From Methanothrix sp. (GTDB lineage Archaea; Halobacteriota; Methanosarcinia; Methanotrichales; Methanotrichaceae): a stretch of DNA of 46,714 nt. This document shows, piece after piece, positions 11,001-18,846 of the stretch. The stretch lies in contig JBAXWY010000020.1 of assembly GCA_037128175.1 (NCBI GenBank), forward strand, positions 1-46,714, given 5' to 3'. Position 1 is the stretch's first letter, and each line of letters begins with the position of its first letter. The notes below the pieces were generated by a model. That model was not told the origin of the DNA and ran no database searches. It saw nothing but the letters and a program-made list of their open reading frames with translations. Both the position numbers and the translations under genes were made by a program.

Positions 11001-11927
11001 TTCCATGACGAAAAATCGTGGCTCAATTGAAACAAGTTGTTGAATTCTTCTATTGATACGTAGTCCTGTCATTTCCATGACTGAAAAGTCGTGGCTCAAT
11101 TGAAACTTGTACAACCTGTTTGTAGGTTGGCTGGGCAGCGTTTGCATTTCCATGACTGAAAAGTCGTGGCTCAATTGAAACGGGAGTATTTGTAGTCTAT
11201 GCCGTGACCACCTCCTGCTATTTCCATGACTGAAAAGTCGTGGCTCAATTGAAACGTAGCAGCTCTCGCCACCGCGCCGTTTGATCGATCCGATTTCCAT
11301 GACTGAAAAGTCGTGGCTCAATTGAAACCCGTCAAGGGAAGATGCGTCGAAAACTTCATAAGTTGATTTCCATGACTGAAAAGTCGTGGCTCAATTGAAA
11401 CCCTATAAAACCCAGGGAATGTGCTTTTTACCCAATGCCGCATTTCCATGACTGAAAAGTCGTGGCTCAATTGAAACGAGTTATTAGAGGGCTACTGGCG
11501 TCAACCTGGAACTGATTTCCATGACTGAAAAGTCGTGGCTCAATTGAAACGCGGAAATATTCCATAATCTGAGTTCCAGAGTCACGTAATTTCCATGACT
11601 GAAAAGTCGTGGCTCAATTGAAACACCAAGTGGGCTGTCTGCAAAGTTGGGCTTATCAATGATCTATTTCCATGACTGAAAAGTCGTGGCTCAATTGAAA
11701 CCTACTGGAAGAAGACCCTGGAAGAACTGCTGAACCTAGTCCATTTCCATGACTGAAAAGTCGTGGCTCAATTGAAACTTCCTCCGGACTCAATTGCCTC
11801 ACTTAGCTGTAGTCCTTATTTCCATGACTGAAAAGTCGTGGCTCAATTGAAACTAATTTACTACACCTAGTACGTCGTCATCATAGAACAGATTTCCATG
11901 ACTGAAAAGTCGTGGCTCAATTGAAAC
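8024..11927 (+). CRISPR. CRISPR array: 53 repeats and 52 spacers (36-42 nt); repeat ATTTCCATGACTGAAAAGTCGTGGCTCAATTGAAAC
   Basis: Repeats counted by hand. Hairpin CCATGAC/GTCGTGG; the 3' ATTGAAAC handle and leader position give + orientation. One variant repeat at 10999-11033. Confidence 0.98.
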
Positions 11928-12063
11928 GCCCATGCGCCCCGTCGGGGGCTCACACGTGGCGGATGGGAAACAAGATCTATCGACATTATGAATTCAGTTT
12001 TCCATGGGAAACTTTCGGAAAATGAGTATGTTCGATTTCCTTTGCTGGATAAAGTGCGGTCTC

Positions 12064-12312
12064 TCAATCGCCTTCTTGCATTTTACGACATAATGCTACT
12101 CCGTCCTTGCTCAACGCATAAGTCATCTCTCCTCGGGTTGGATGCATTATGACATATCCCAAGCTTATGAGCTTACGCAATGCTTTTTTAACCTCTCGTC
12201 CTGCCTCTGTCTGTCTGCGGGCGAAGGCCTTCTCTGGGACGTGAGCAGACTTGCTCATCTTGCATGCCCTGCAGATGCTGAGCAAAACTGCTCTATCAAA
12301 TTCCATCAGCAC
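12064..12312 (-). CDS. small winged-helix protein
   Basis: VKKALRKLISLGYV...TYALSKDG is a wHTH recognition helix and wing pattern. Confidence 0.6.
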   Translation of the reverse strand: MLMEFDRAVLLSICRACKMSKSAHVPEKAFARRQTEAGREVKKALRKLISLGYVIMHPTRGEMTYALSKDGVALCRKMQEGD

Positions 12313-12428
12313 ACTTAACAGAATATTCTAAATCTATTTAATAGTTTCTAATACAGAGAAAAGGAACTTGAAAATACGGATAAGATATTCCAATATATTG
12401 ATATACTTACAGAACGCTATTAATAAGC

Positions 12429-12782
12429 ATGCAGTCAAAAGCAAGACGTCCTGCAATAGAGAGAGCAAGGGACGCACGGCTGGAGAGGGGCGGCGATACC
12501 GATTATGAGCTATATGAACTGATTAGCGAACACTCTGGACAGGGCGCTTATGAGCTCTCTAAGCTGAATGGCTGGACTGCAGGCCGCACGCACTCATCAA
12601 TATTGCGATTGGAGAAAAAAGGGCTCGTATCTGTGGAGCGTATTGTGCAAGGTGGGAGGACAAAGCTTGTAGTTCGCCCCAGGCCCTGGCAGGAGTTCTT
12701 CACTCCAGAGGAGCTTGAAGAAATGCGCCAGCCCGGATACTTCGAGGAAGTCGAGAAAATGGTGAAGCGAACAGAGGGCTGA
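12429..12782 (+). CDS. winged-helix (MarR-like) regulator
   Basis: AYELSKLNGWTAGRTHSSILRLEKKGLV HTH plus wing; divergent from the 12064-12312 gene. Confidence 0.7.
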   Translation: MQSKARRPAIERARDARLERGGDTDYELYELISEHSGQGAYELSKLNGWTAGRTHSSILRLEKKGLVSVERIVQGGRTKLVVRPRPWQEFFTPEELEEMRQPGYFEEVEKMVKRTEG

Positions 12783-12898
12783 AGGTCCGCATAACTGCAC
12801 CCTCTCATTAAGGAGTAATAGATTCTTAAAATAGTAATAATAGATCTCTCGTCATTGCCTTTATGCTGCCTCTTCTGTACATGCTTGTAAAAACATGA

Positions 12899-14758
12899 TT
12901 ACTCGCCAAGGGACGATAGGATTTTCACCTCCACCTTTACCGGCACGGGATACAATAGCTCTGAGCCGATCCTTTCCATGATCTCTTGCAGCATTCGGGC
13001 ATATTCCTCCGCCCGCTCTGCCGGGACCTCCAGCAGAATTTCATCGTGAATGGAGCCGATTATCCTTGCCTCTTCTGAGGATATTTTATCGTAGACCTCG
13101 CACATCACCAGCTTGATGAGATCCGCTCCCGTTCCCTGGCAGGGAGTATTGTACATCTGGAATTTGGAAGCCCTAATTCCGGTTCCAAAGCGCGGCCAGA
13201 TCCTTCTGCGGCCTAAAGCCGTAGCGGTGCAGGTGAGCGGCAGGAAAAAGTATCCCTGAATGCAGTTGTGGAAGTAGTGCAGCACGGTGTAACTCATCTC
13301 TTGAAGCTGCCGCTCCTGCCAAACTCTAACTCCCTCATAAGTTTGGAAGAACCGGGTCTTTGCCTCCTCTGCCTCATCCAGAGACATGAATCTCCCGTAA
13401 TCGGACAAAACCCGCCACTGCAATGTCTTGGCCGATCCGCCGTAGATGAGCAGGAAGTTCATGATCTTCGCCGCCTGACGTTGCTGGTCCGTCACCTGAC
13501 TCATGTCGGCGCCACTGATTTTGCAGGCGGTTAGCCTGTGCAGGTCAACTCCCGCCCGAAATGCTTCCTGCATGGCCCTGTCCCCAGAAAGAAATGCCAT
13601 GATGCGTAGCTCAATCGCAGAGAAATCGGCCTTAACAAACCTCTTCCCGGCCTCTGGCAAGAAGAGCCTCCTTATGGCTGTGGCATCGTCCCCCTTCCTG
13701 GGAATCTGCTGGGCATTGGGATTTTTGGAACTGATTCTGCCGGTGGAGGATGGGATCTGGAAATAATGAGGATGGACCCGGCCATCTTTGGCATGAACAT
13801 GGCTTAGCCAGTTACTCAGAAATGCTAGAAGGTGAGATACATGCCTGTAACGAAGGACCGCTTCGGCAAAAGCACAGCCTGCGGCGGCCAGACCCCTCAA
13901 GATCTCTGCCTTGGTGCTGATTACACCGTAGCCCCGGCTCTTCAAAAAGGCCAAAACATCTTCCTGCCGGTCGGGATTTAGATAATAACTCAGTCTTTTG
14001 CCGTCCTCTGAAACTGTGACGAAACCTTTTCTTCTGGCCTCATCATGCACCGTCCAGACCAGATTGCAGATCTCATTTTCTTCGTCCTCGACTTTTCTTT
14101 TGGCCTGATCAGAGTCCAGATAAATACCCGAGATCTCCATCTCCGCCAGGGAGCAAACGGCTCTAAATTCCAGATCTGCAATCTTCTGCAAGCCGTTTTT
14201 AGCCAGGAGTGCTGCCAGGATGTCGTGAAGCGGTAATAGTACGGCGGATTCTTCTGCAGCTCTCCTTTCCGTCTCATTTTCACCGTCCAGGATAACGCCC
14301 AGATGCCTTTCCGCCAGGGCAGCAAGACTATGATCGGGAATATTCTTCTTCCAGGGATTTTTGGGGGAATGAGAGGGGGTAAGATAATAGTAGCCCGACC
14401 AGCAGATCTCTGAAGCAAGCATGAGGTCGAATAGATTGCGGGCATCCAGCTTTCGATTCTCCGAGGTCCTGATGAAAGCGAGGGCAGTCTTGGCATCGAA
14501 TAAAACTTTCCTGATCCGGATGTTCTCCAGGAGCCCGGCCAAATCGCTCAGAATAGTCTTTCCCAGTTCAAGGCAGTCGGCAATGTAGACGGTATGATTG
14601 GGGAGCGCGAGGGTTATAAGCCTGATTTCATGGCTCAAGGGGTCCGGGCCGGTCTTGAGCAGGTTCAAACCGCAAATCCCAAATTTCTCGATCTCTTGAA
14701 GCGCAGATTCCCATGATTCCGCTGTGGTAATGCAGGTTAACAGAGGGCTGATCGTCAT
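12899..14758 (-). CDS. polA: family A DNA polymerase (Klenow-like: degenerate 3'-5' exonuclease fold plus polymerase, no 5' nuclease)
   Basis: STGRISSKNPNAQQIP; motif A ADFSAIELRIMA; motif B RQAAKIMNFLLIYG; NTPCQGTGADLIK; motif C IHDEIL. Confidence 0.92.
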   Translation of the reverse strand: MTISPLLTCITTAESWESALQEIEKFGICGLNLLKTGPDPLSHEIRLITLALPNHTVYIADCLELGKTILSDLAGLLENIRIRKVLFDAKTALAFIRTSENRKLDARNLFDLMLASEICWSGYYYLTPSHSPKNPWKKNIPDHSLAALAERHLGVILDGENETERRAAEESAVLLPLHDILAALLAKNGLQKIADLEFRAVCSLAEMEISGIYLDSDQAKRKVEDEENEICNLVWTVHDEARRKGFVTVSEDGKRLSYYLNPDRQEDVLAFLKSRGYGVISTKAEILRGLAAAGCAFAEAVLRYRHVSHLLAFLSNWLSHVHAKDGRVHPHYFQIPSSTGRISSKNPNAQQIPRKGDDATAIRRLFLPEAGKRFVKADFSAIELRIMAFLSGDRAMQEAFRAGVDLHRLTACKISGADMSQVTDQQRQAAKIMNFLLIYGGSAKTLQWRVLSDYGRFMSLDEAEEAKTRFFQTYEGVRVWQERQLQEMSYTVLHYFHNCIQGYFFLPLTCTATALGRRRIWPRFGTGIRASKFQMYNTPCQGTGADLIKLVMCEVYDKISSEEARIIGSIHDEILLEVPAERAEEYARMLQEIMERIGSELLYPVPVKVEVKILSSLGE

Positions 14759-14890
14759 CTCATTTTCAAGAATGTTTCTTCAATTTATATGATGATTGTC
14801 CTCTATCCAAGCCACATGATCCATCGAATAGCTCGATGTCAAGAATAGTTATATCCATTGAAAACTATATAGCTGCAAAGGGGAGAAAAA

Positions 14891-15442
14891 ATGGATCTCT
14901 TTGACCTTCTTGGTAAATTCGCTAATATTGTGCAGCTCATAATGTTCTGCGTGTTTGTTTGGGCGACCGTAACCTTGCTCATAGCCAGAAAGAGGATAGA
15001 GCGAAAATTGAATTTGCTGGAAAAAGATGAGAAAAGCGTTCGATCAAAACGTCGCATCGCCATTGTTATTGGGGTCGGGAAGAACCCCCTGGCCTCTGTG
15101 GAAAAGTTCTTGGCGGATAATAACTTGGCAGACATTCCTATCATAAACTGGATCTCGGACGGATTTTTGCAGGCCGGGGATTACACGGCAGCAATGGCAG
15201 AGATCAATGATCTGCGCAGCCAGGCATTGAAGCTCGGCGTCAGTGAAGTACTGCTGTTCTACGCGGGACCCATCGACCTGGCCATGTTTATCGGAGCCAG
15301 CTTCAGTGACTGGGTGCCGATAAGAGTCTATGCCTTTACAGACACCGGAACTTACCAGCACAGGGTCACAGTGGGAAGGGAAGCGGCCAGATTATGCACT
15401 ATGACCGACGAACTGGTCAAAGGATTGGAAGGAAAGTTATAA
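14891..15442 (+). CDS. single-TM protein with SAVED/CARF-like C-terminal domain; candidate cyclic-oligoadenylate-sensing membrane effector
   Basis: N-terminal hydrophobic helix followed by a basic stretch. EVLLFYAGPIDLAMFIGASF...IRVYAF...GTY resembles the SAVED C-terminal motif. Located in a type III locus. Confidence 0.55.
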   Translation: MDLFDLLGKFANIVQLIMFCVFVWATVTLLIARKRIERKLNLLEKDEKSVRSKRRIAIVIGVGKNPLASVEKFLADNNLADIPIINWISDGFLQAGDYTAAMAEINDLRSQALKLGVSEVLLFYAGPIDLAMFIGASFSDWVPIRVYAFTDTGTYQHRVTVGREAARLCTMTDELVKGLEGKL

Positions 15443-15663
15443 ACCACCTTGCTATCGTTTCCCAAATCCCAAATCCCGCGCTCCGAAAAACTGCTCGGCC
15501 CGCAAGCATGCGCCACCTGGCCCTCAGGCCCGCCCTGCCTCCTGCCCCCCATTCCCCGCCAGGCAAGCCAGACCTCCCTGACGACAGCGCCGCCCAGGCT
15601 GGGCCCACAGGTGGCAGGCACGAGCGCAGCCGGGACCCCCGGACAGCTGACGGACGCTGCTGT

Positions 15664-15699
15664 CTTTCCATGACAGAAATGCCGTGGCCCAATAGAAAC
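15664..15699 (+). CRISPR. solitary degenerate CRISPR repeat
   Basis: CTTTCCATGACAGAAATGCCGTGGCCCAATAGAAAC: 30/36 ungapped identity to the array repeat, same orientation. Confidence 0.85.
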
Positions 15700-15736
15700 A
15701 CAAAATATATCTACTTACAATCCTTACAGAGCTACT

Positions 15737-16024
15737 ATGCGCAAAATCAGTGGCGAGGTTGAAGTCAGGCAGATGCCGGAGCATGGAGATAGCATTGCCC
15801 AAGAAGTCATGCCAAAAACCACGCATGTGACCGGGAGGATGCCTGCTACCAGCCGCATTCCCGTATCAAGAGTCGTCTGGGAAGAGCTATCAGGTCTTAA
15901 GAGTGCAGGAGAGACTTACGATCACCTCCTGGCAGAGATGATCGAGAGAGAAAAAGAGCGGCGGTTATTTGAGGATATGGATCGCATTGAGAAAAGGGGC
16001 AAGTTTGTGGCGATGAAATGGTAA
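15737..16024 (+). CDS. RHH-type antitoxin-like protein (true start possibly 15839)
   Basis: SRIPVSRVVWEELSGLKSAGETYDHLLAEMIE fits an archaeal RHH antitoxin pattern; overlaps the start of a RelE-like gene. Confidence 0.65.
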   Translation: MRKISGEVEVRQMPEHGDSIAQEVMPKTTHVTGRMPATSRIPVSRVVWEELSGLKSAGETYDHLLAEMIEREKERRLFEDMDRIEKRGKFVAMKW

Positions 16025-16310
16025 ACTTTTGTGTGCTGATAGATGAAGATGCACAGGAGTTTCTGGATAAGCTTCCCAAAAAAGCAATGAGATAGCCAAA
16101 ACCAAGCTCCGGATTCTCGAAAGCGACCCATTTCCCGGAAAAGGCGGCGACAAAGAGTTGCTTCGATCTTCAAAGCATGATGATCTCTATAGATTGCATA
16201 TTTCCCGATCATATACTGCTTTTTATCGTGTTTCCCAAGACGAAAAGATTGTAAGAATTCTATGGCTCGGAACTATCGAACAGGCGCATAAAAAATACTT
16301 GCGAGTCTAA
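16018..16310 (+). pseudogene. relE: RelE/ParE-family toxin, frameshifted in an A6 run
   Basis: Manual translation with one extra A at 16078-16083 gives MVNFCVLIDEDAQEFLDKLPKK...DPFPGKGGDKE...LYRLHISRSYTAFYRV...AHKKY. As written it stops at 16093-16095. Confidence 0.8.
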
Positions 16311-16405
16311 TGTTCCCAAGCCCGGGTAGCCTGTTAAATTAACTATACATGCTTGTAAAAACATCTATATAGACTGAGTTTGAGATAAATCTGTGGTGGA
16401 GATCT

Positions 16406-16801
16406 ATGGTTGCACCGTTTGAGGGATTGTTTGGTGATACAAGCGAACTGAGAACGATACAGTTTCTTTTGCCGGCAAGTGATCTGAGGTTTAACATTAG
16501 CGAACTAGCGCGTGAGACGCGCATCTCTCGCCAGACCATGATGAGAGTCGTAGCGAAGCTTACAAAATGGAACGTACTAAAGATAGCTGGAAGACATGGC
16601 GGCGCAAATTATTACGCGCTCAATCAAGATTCAGGCTTCATCAAGACTTTCGAGGACCTGGACAATTTGATCATAGAACAGATGGAAGGCGAAGAGAGTA
16701 AAATAAAAATGGTTACAGCATCCCAGGAACAATGCCCTGTTATCTCATCCCTCCCGCTTGAAGGCCATGACCTTTCAATGGCAGCTCAAATCCCTCAATG
16801 A
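16406..16801 (+). CDS. archaeal winged-helix DNA-binding protein
   Basis: LFGDTSELRTIQFLL...FNISELARETRISRQT HTH pattern. Confidence 0.7.
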   Translation: MVAPFEGLFGDTSELRTIQFLLPASDLRFNISELARETRISRQTMMRVVAKLTKWNVLKIAGRHGGANYYALNQDSGFIKTFEDLDNLIIEQMEGEESKIKMVTASQEQCPVISSLPLEGHDLSMAAQIPQ

Positions 16802-16873
16802 CCAGATCCCCAGCGTTGCCTTTTCGCGCCAGCCCTTCTTGTACCTAGGAAGCGAAAGGCTAAAATCTCATTA

Positions 16874-17149
16874 TTGCTAATAGTCATGATAATGTTTGGA
16901 GAATACATCCTGGCGGCTATGAAGAGAGCTACTTACGAAATCATCGATGACCCTAATCCATATTATGGCGAAGTTCCTGAACTACAGGGCGTTTGGGCCA
17001 CAGGTAATACTCTTGAAGAATGTCGTAATGAACTACAGAGCGTTATCGAGGGCTGGATTGCCTTAAAGCTGAGGCTGGGTCATCCCATACCGGCAATAGG
17101 CGGCTATATTATTAATGCCTCTGCGGAGCCTATCTCCATTGTCGAATAA
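16874..17149 (+). CDS. hicB: HicB-family antitoxin (likely start 16892)
   Basis: YYGEVPELQGVWATGNTLEECRNELQSVIEGWI...HPIP. Confidence 0.85.
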   Translation: MLIVMIMFGEYILAAMKRATYEIIDDPNPYYGEVPELQGVWATGNTLEECRNELQSVIEGWIALKLRLGHPIPAIGGYIINASAEPISIVE

Positions 17150-17312
17150 ACTTGTGCCGGTTTCAAGGCGTGAGCTGATCAGGCGATTGAGTAAATTGGG
17201 ATCTGTTGGTCCTTATCCTGGTGCAGATCATGAATATATGTCCCGGGGATTGGTAGAGACGCGCATTCCCAATCCTCATGGCCTTGCCTCTTCTGAGGAT
17301 ATTTTATCGTAG
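17139..17312 (+). pseudogene. hicA: HicA-family toxin truncated by a polA fragment
   Basis: PVSRRELIRRLSKLG..GPYPGADHEYM...IPNPHG; the sequence switches to a polA copy at 17282, removing the C-terminal helices. Confidence 0.75.
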
Positions 17313-17399
17313 ACCTCGCACATCACCAGCTTGATGAGGTCTGCACCCGTTCCCTGGCAGGGAGTATTGTACATCTGGAATTTGGATGCCCGGATTCCG
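17282..17399 (-). pseudogene. 118-bp relic of a second polA copy
   Basis: 112/118 identical to 13064-13181; all 6 differences are synonymous in the polA frame. Confidence 0.92.
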
Positions 17400-17665
17400 C
17401 ATCCAAGCCACAAATAGTCAGCTTAATAATAAAATATGAGATGTTATTTCTAAATTTTTAATATATATTACGCAATAAAAAGCTTTATCTATATGCAAAT
17501 ATATCTCTTGTGGAGGAGGGAAATTGAGCTGTGTGAAATCCCCGTTGAATTCAGCGTCGCGTCATTCTGTGTGGAAAATATGGACAGAACGCTCAGTTTT
17601 TCTTTGAATGCATCAGTAGGCATTGTCTTGACATTATCGTTATCGTCTTTTTGCGGGGCGAGACG

Positions 17666-18454
17666 ATGCCGATAAGACCTACTGTTGCTCGCTTTGCAGT
17701 GGCGAGCAAGAATTCCCCGCAACTTACCGATACCATAATTTTGGCGGATCGCGTCCACGCCGCTCTGGTCAGCCTCTCCAATGGCTCACGCATATTTACG
17801 GGATGTGACGAGCAGGGAAGACCATTGCAGGGCAACAGGCATGCGCATGTCTTCTGCGAATCCAATAATGCATTGGCAAAGGGCATTGATGGTGAGATCA
17901 CTCACATCACCATTTATGCTCCGGCGGGCTTTGAATCTGAGGATCAGAGGGCTGTGCAGGATCTGGATAGAGTCTGGGGTGGAGATGACCTTAAGATCCA
18001 GGTGATTCTGCAGGGATTCGGCCAACCGCAGGACTTTGGGGGCATAGATCTGGAGCGCGGCCAGTGCCCATTGCTGGCCCGCTCCCGCGCCTGGGTCTCT
18101 CGCACGCCTTTCCTGCCCACGCGCCATCCCAAAGTCACGCGGGCGGGCGTGCTAAAGCGGGACGCGAGCGGCCTGCAGATCGGAAGTAGCGAGCACGAGC
18201 TGAGACGGCTGCTGGGGCTGGCAGGCTTTCCTGAACCGGTTCTAGTGGAAAAGGTGGCCGGCACGAGCCTGGGCGGTCGGAACATTCCGTGGCATGCCTT
18301 CCTTCGCCGGAGAGAGACTGGCAAGGGAAGGCCGGCGGCGAATGGTGCAGGCTACGGCTTTAGGATAGAGTTTCCTCTGGCGGTGCAGGGGCCGCTGGCC
18401 GTCGGATATGCGAGCCACTTTGGGATGGGGGGATTTTATAATGGACAAGAATAA
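17666..18454 (+). CDS. csb2: stand-alone Cas6-like C-terminal domain of type I-G Csb2
   Basis: GRPLQGNRHAHVF, SRAWVSRTPF and C-terminal RAMP G-loop GPLAVGYASHFGMGGF; about half the length of full Csb2. Confidence 0.8.
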   Translation: MPIRPTVARFAVASKNSPQLTDTIILADRVHAALVSLSNGSRIFTGCDEQGRPLQGNRHAHVFCESNNALAKGIDGEITHITIYAPAGFESEDQRAVQDLDRVWGGDDLKIQVILQGFGQPQDFGGIDLERGQCPLLARSRAWVSRTPFLPTRHPKVTRAGVLKRDASGLQIGSSEHELRRLLGLAGFPEPVLVEKVAGTSLGGRNIPWHAFLRRRETGKGRPAANGAGYGFRIEFPLAVQGPLAVGYASHFGMGGFYNGQE

Positions 18455-18845
18455 AACCAGGGAGATCATTCGCTTTATCCTGAACGGATTCGAGGTGATC
18501 GACCTGGCGTACGTCTTTGGGTCTTTTCTGGAGCGAGATGACTTTCATGACATTGATATTGCCATCCTTCTCTGCAAAGAGCAATCACCCTATCAAAGGT
18601 TCAAGTTGGCTCAAAAGGCGGCCAGGATTCTTGAACAGGGAATCCAGCCGAGGGTTGATTTCGATGTCAGAATCCTCAATTATGCTCCCGCCTATTTTCA
18701 GTATGAGGTCATCAGCAAAGGGATAGTAGTATTGGAGAGAGATCGGGAGAGAAGAGTGGACTATGAAGCCGATCTAATATCTGAATACCTCGATTTGAAG
18801 TACATGTATGATCTCTTCGATCAAGCCTTCCTGGCAAGAGCCTGA
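18441..18845 (+). CDS. mntA: minimal nucleotidyltransferase (MntA-type antitoxin)
   Basis: AYVFGSFLERDDFHDIDIAI (GS...DxD), DVRILNYAP. Confidence 0.85.
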   Translation: MDKNKTREIIRFILNGFEVIDLAYVFGSFLERDDFHDIDIAILLCKEQSPYQRFKLAQKAARILEQGIQPRVDFDVRILNYAPAYFQYEVISKGIVVLERDRERRVDYEADLISEYLDLKYMYDLFDQAFLARA

Positions 18846-18846
18846 A

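Noticed and set aside
8060-11891. Self-targeting or duplicated spacers
   Set aside because: None noticed by eye; an exhaustive alignment could not be run, so no claim is made
11928-12030. Possible degenerate 54th repeat (GTGGCGGATGGGAAAC; TTTTCCATGGGAAAC)
   Set aside because: Only short partial matches at the wrong spacing
7832-12067. Minus-strand ORFs with repeated FQLSHDFSVME / VSIEPRLFSHGN peptides
   Set aside because: Translation artefacts of the CRISPR repeats
15394-15826. Overlapping Pro/Arg/Gly-rich ORFs and a CCGAAAAAC match to the leader end
   Set aside because: GC-rich shadow ORFs with no motifs; the 9-bp match is too short to support a second leader or repeat
12899-17399. Casposon, DGR or retron interpretation of polymerase plus Cas1 plus near-duplicate segment
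   Set aside because: The polymerase is family A, not B or RT; Cas1 is a CRISPR-type Cas4 fusion; no terminal inverted repeats were seen; the duplicate's changes are synonymous, not adenine-specific diversification
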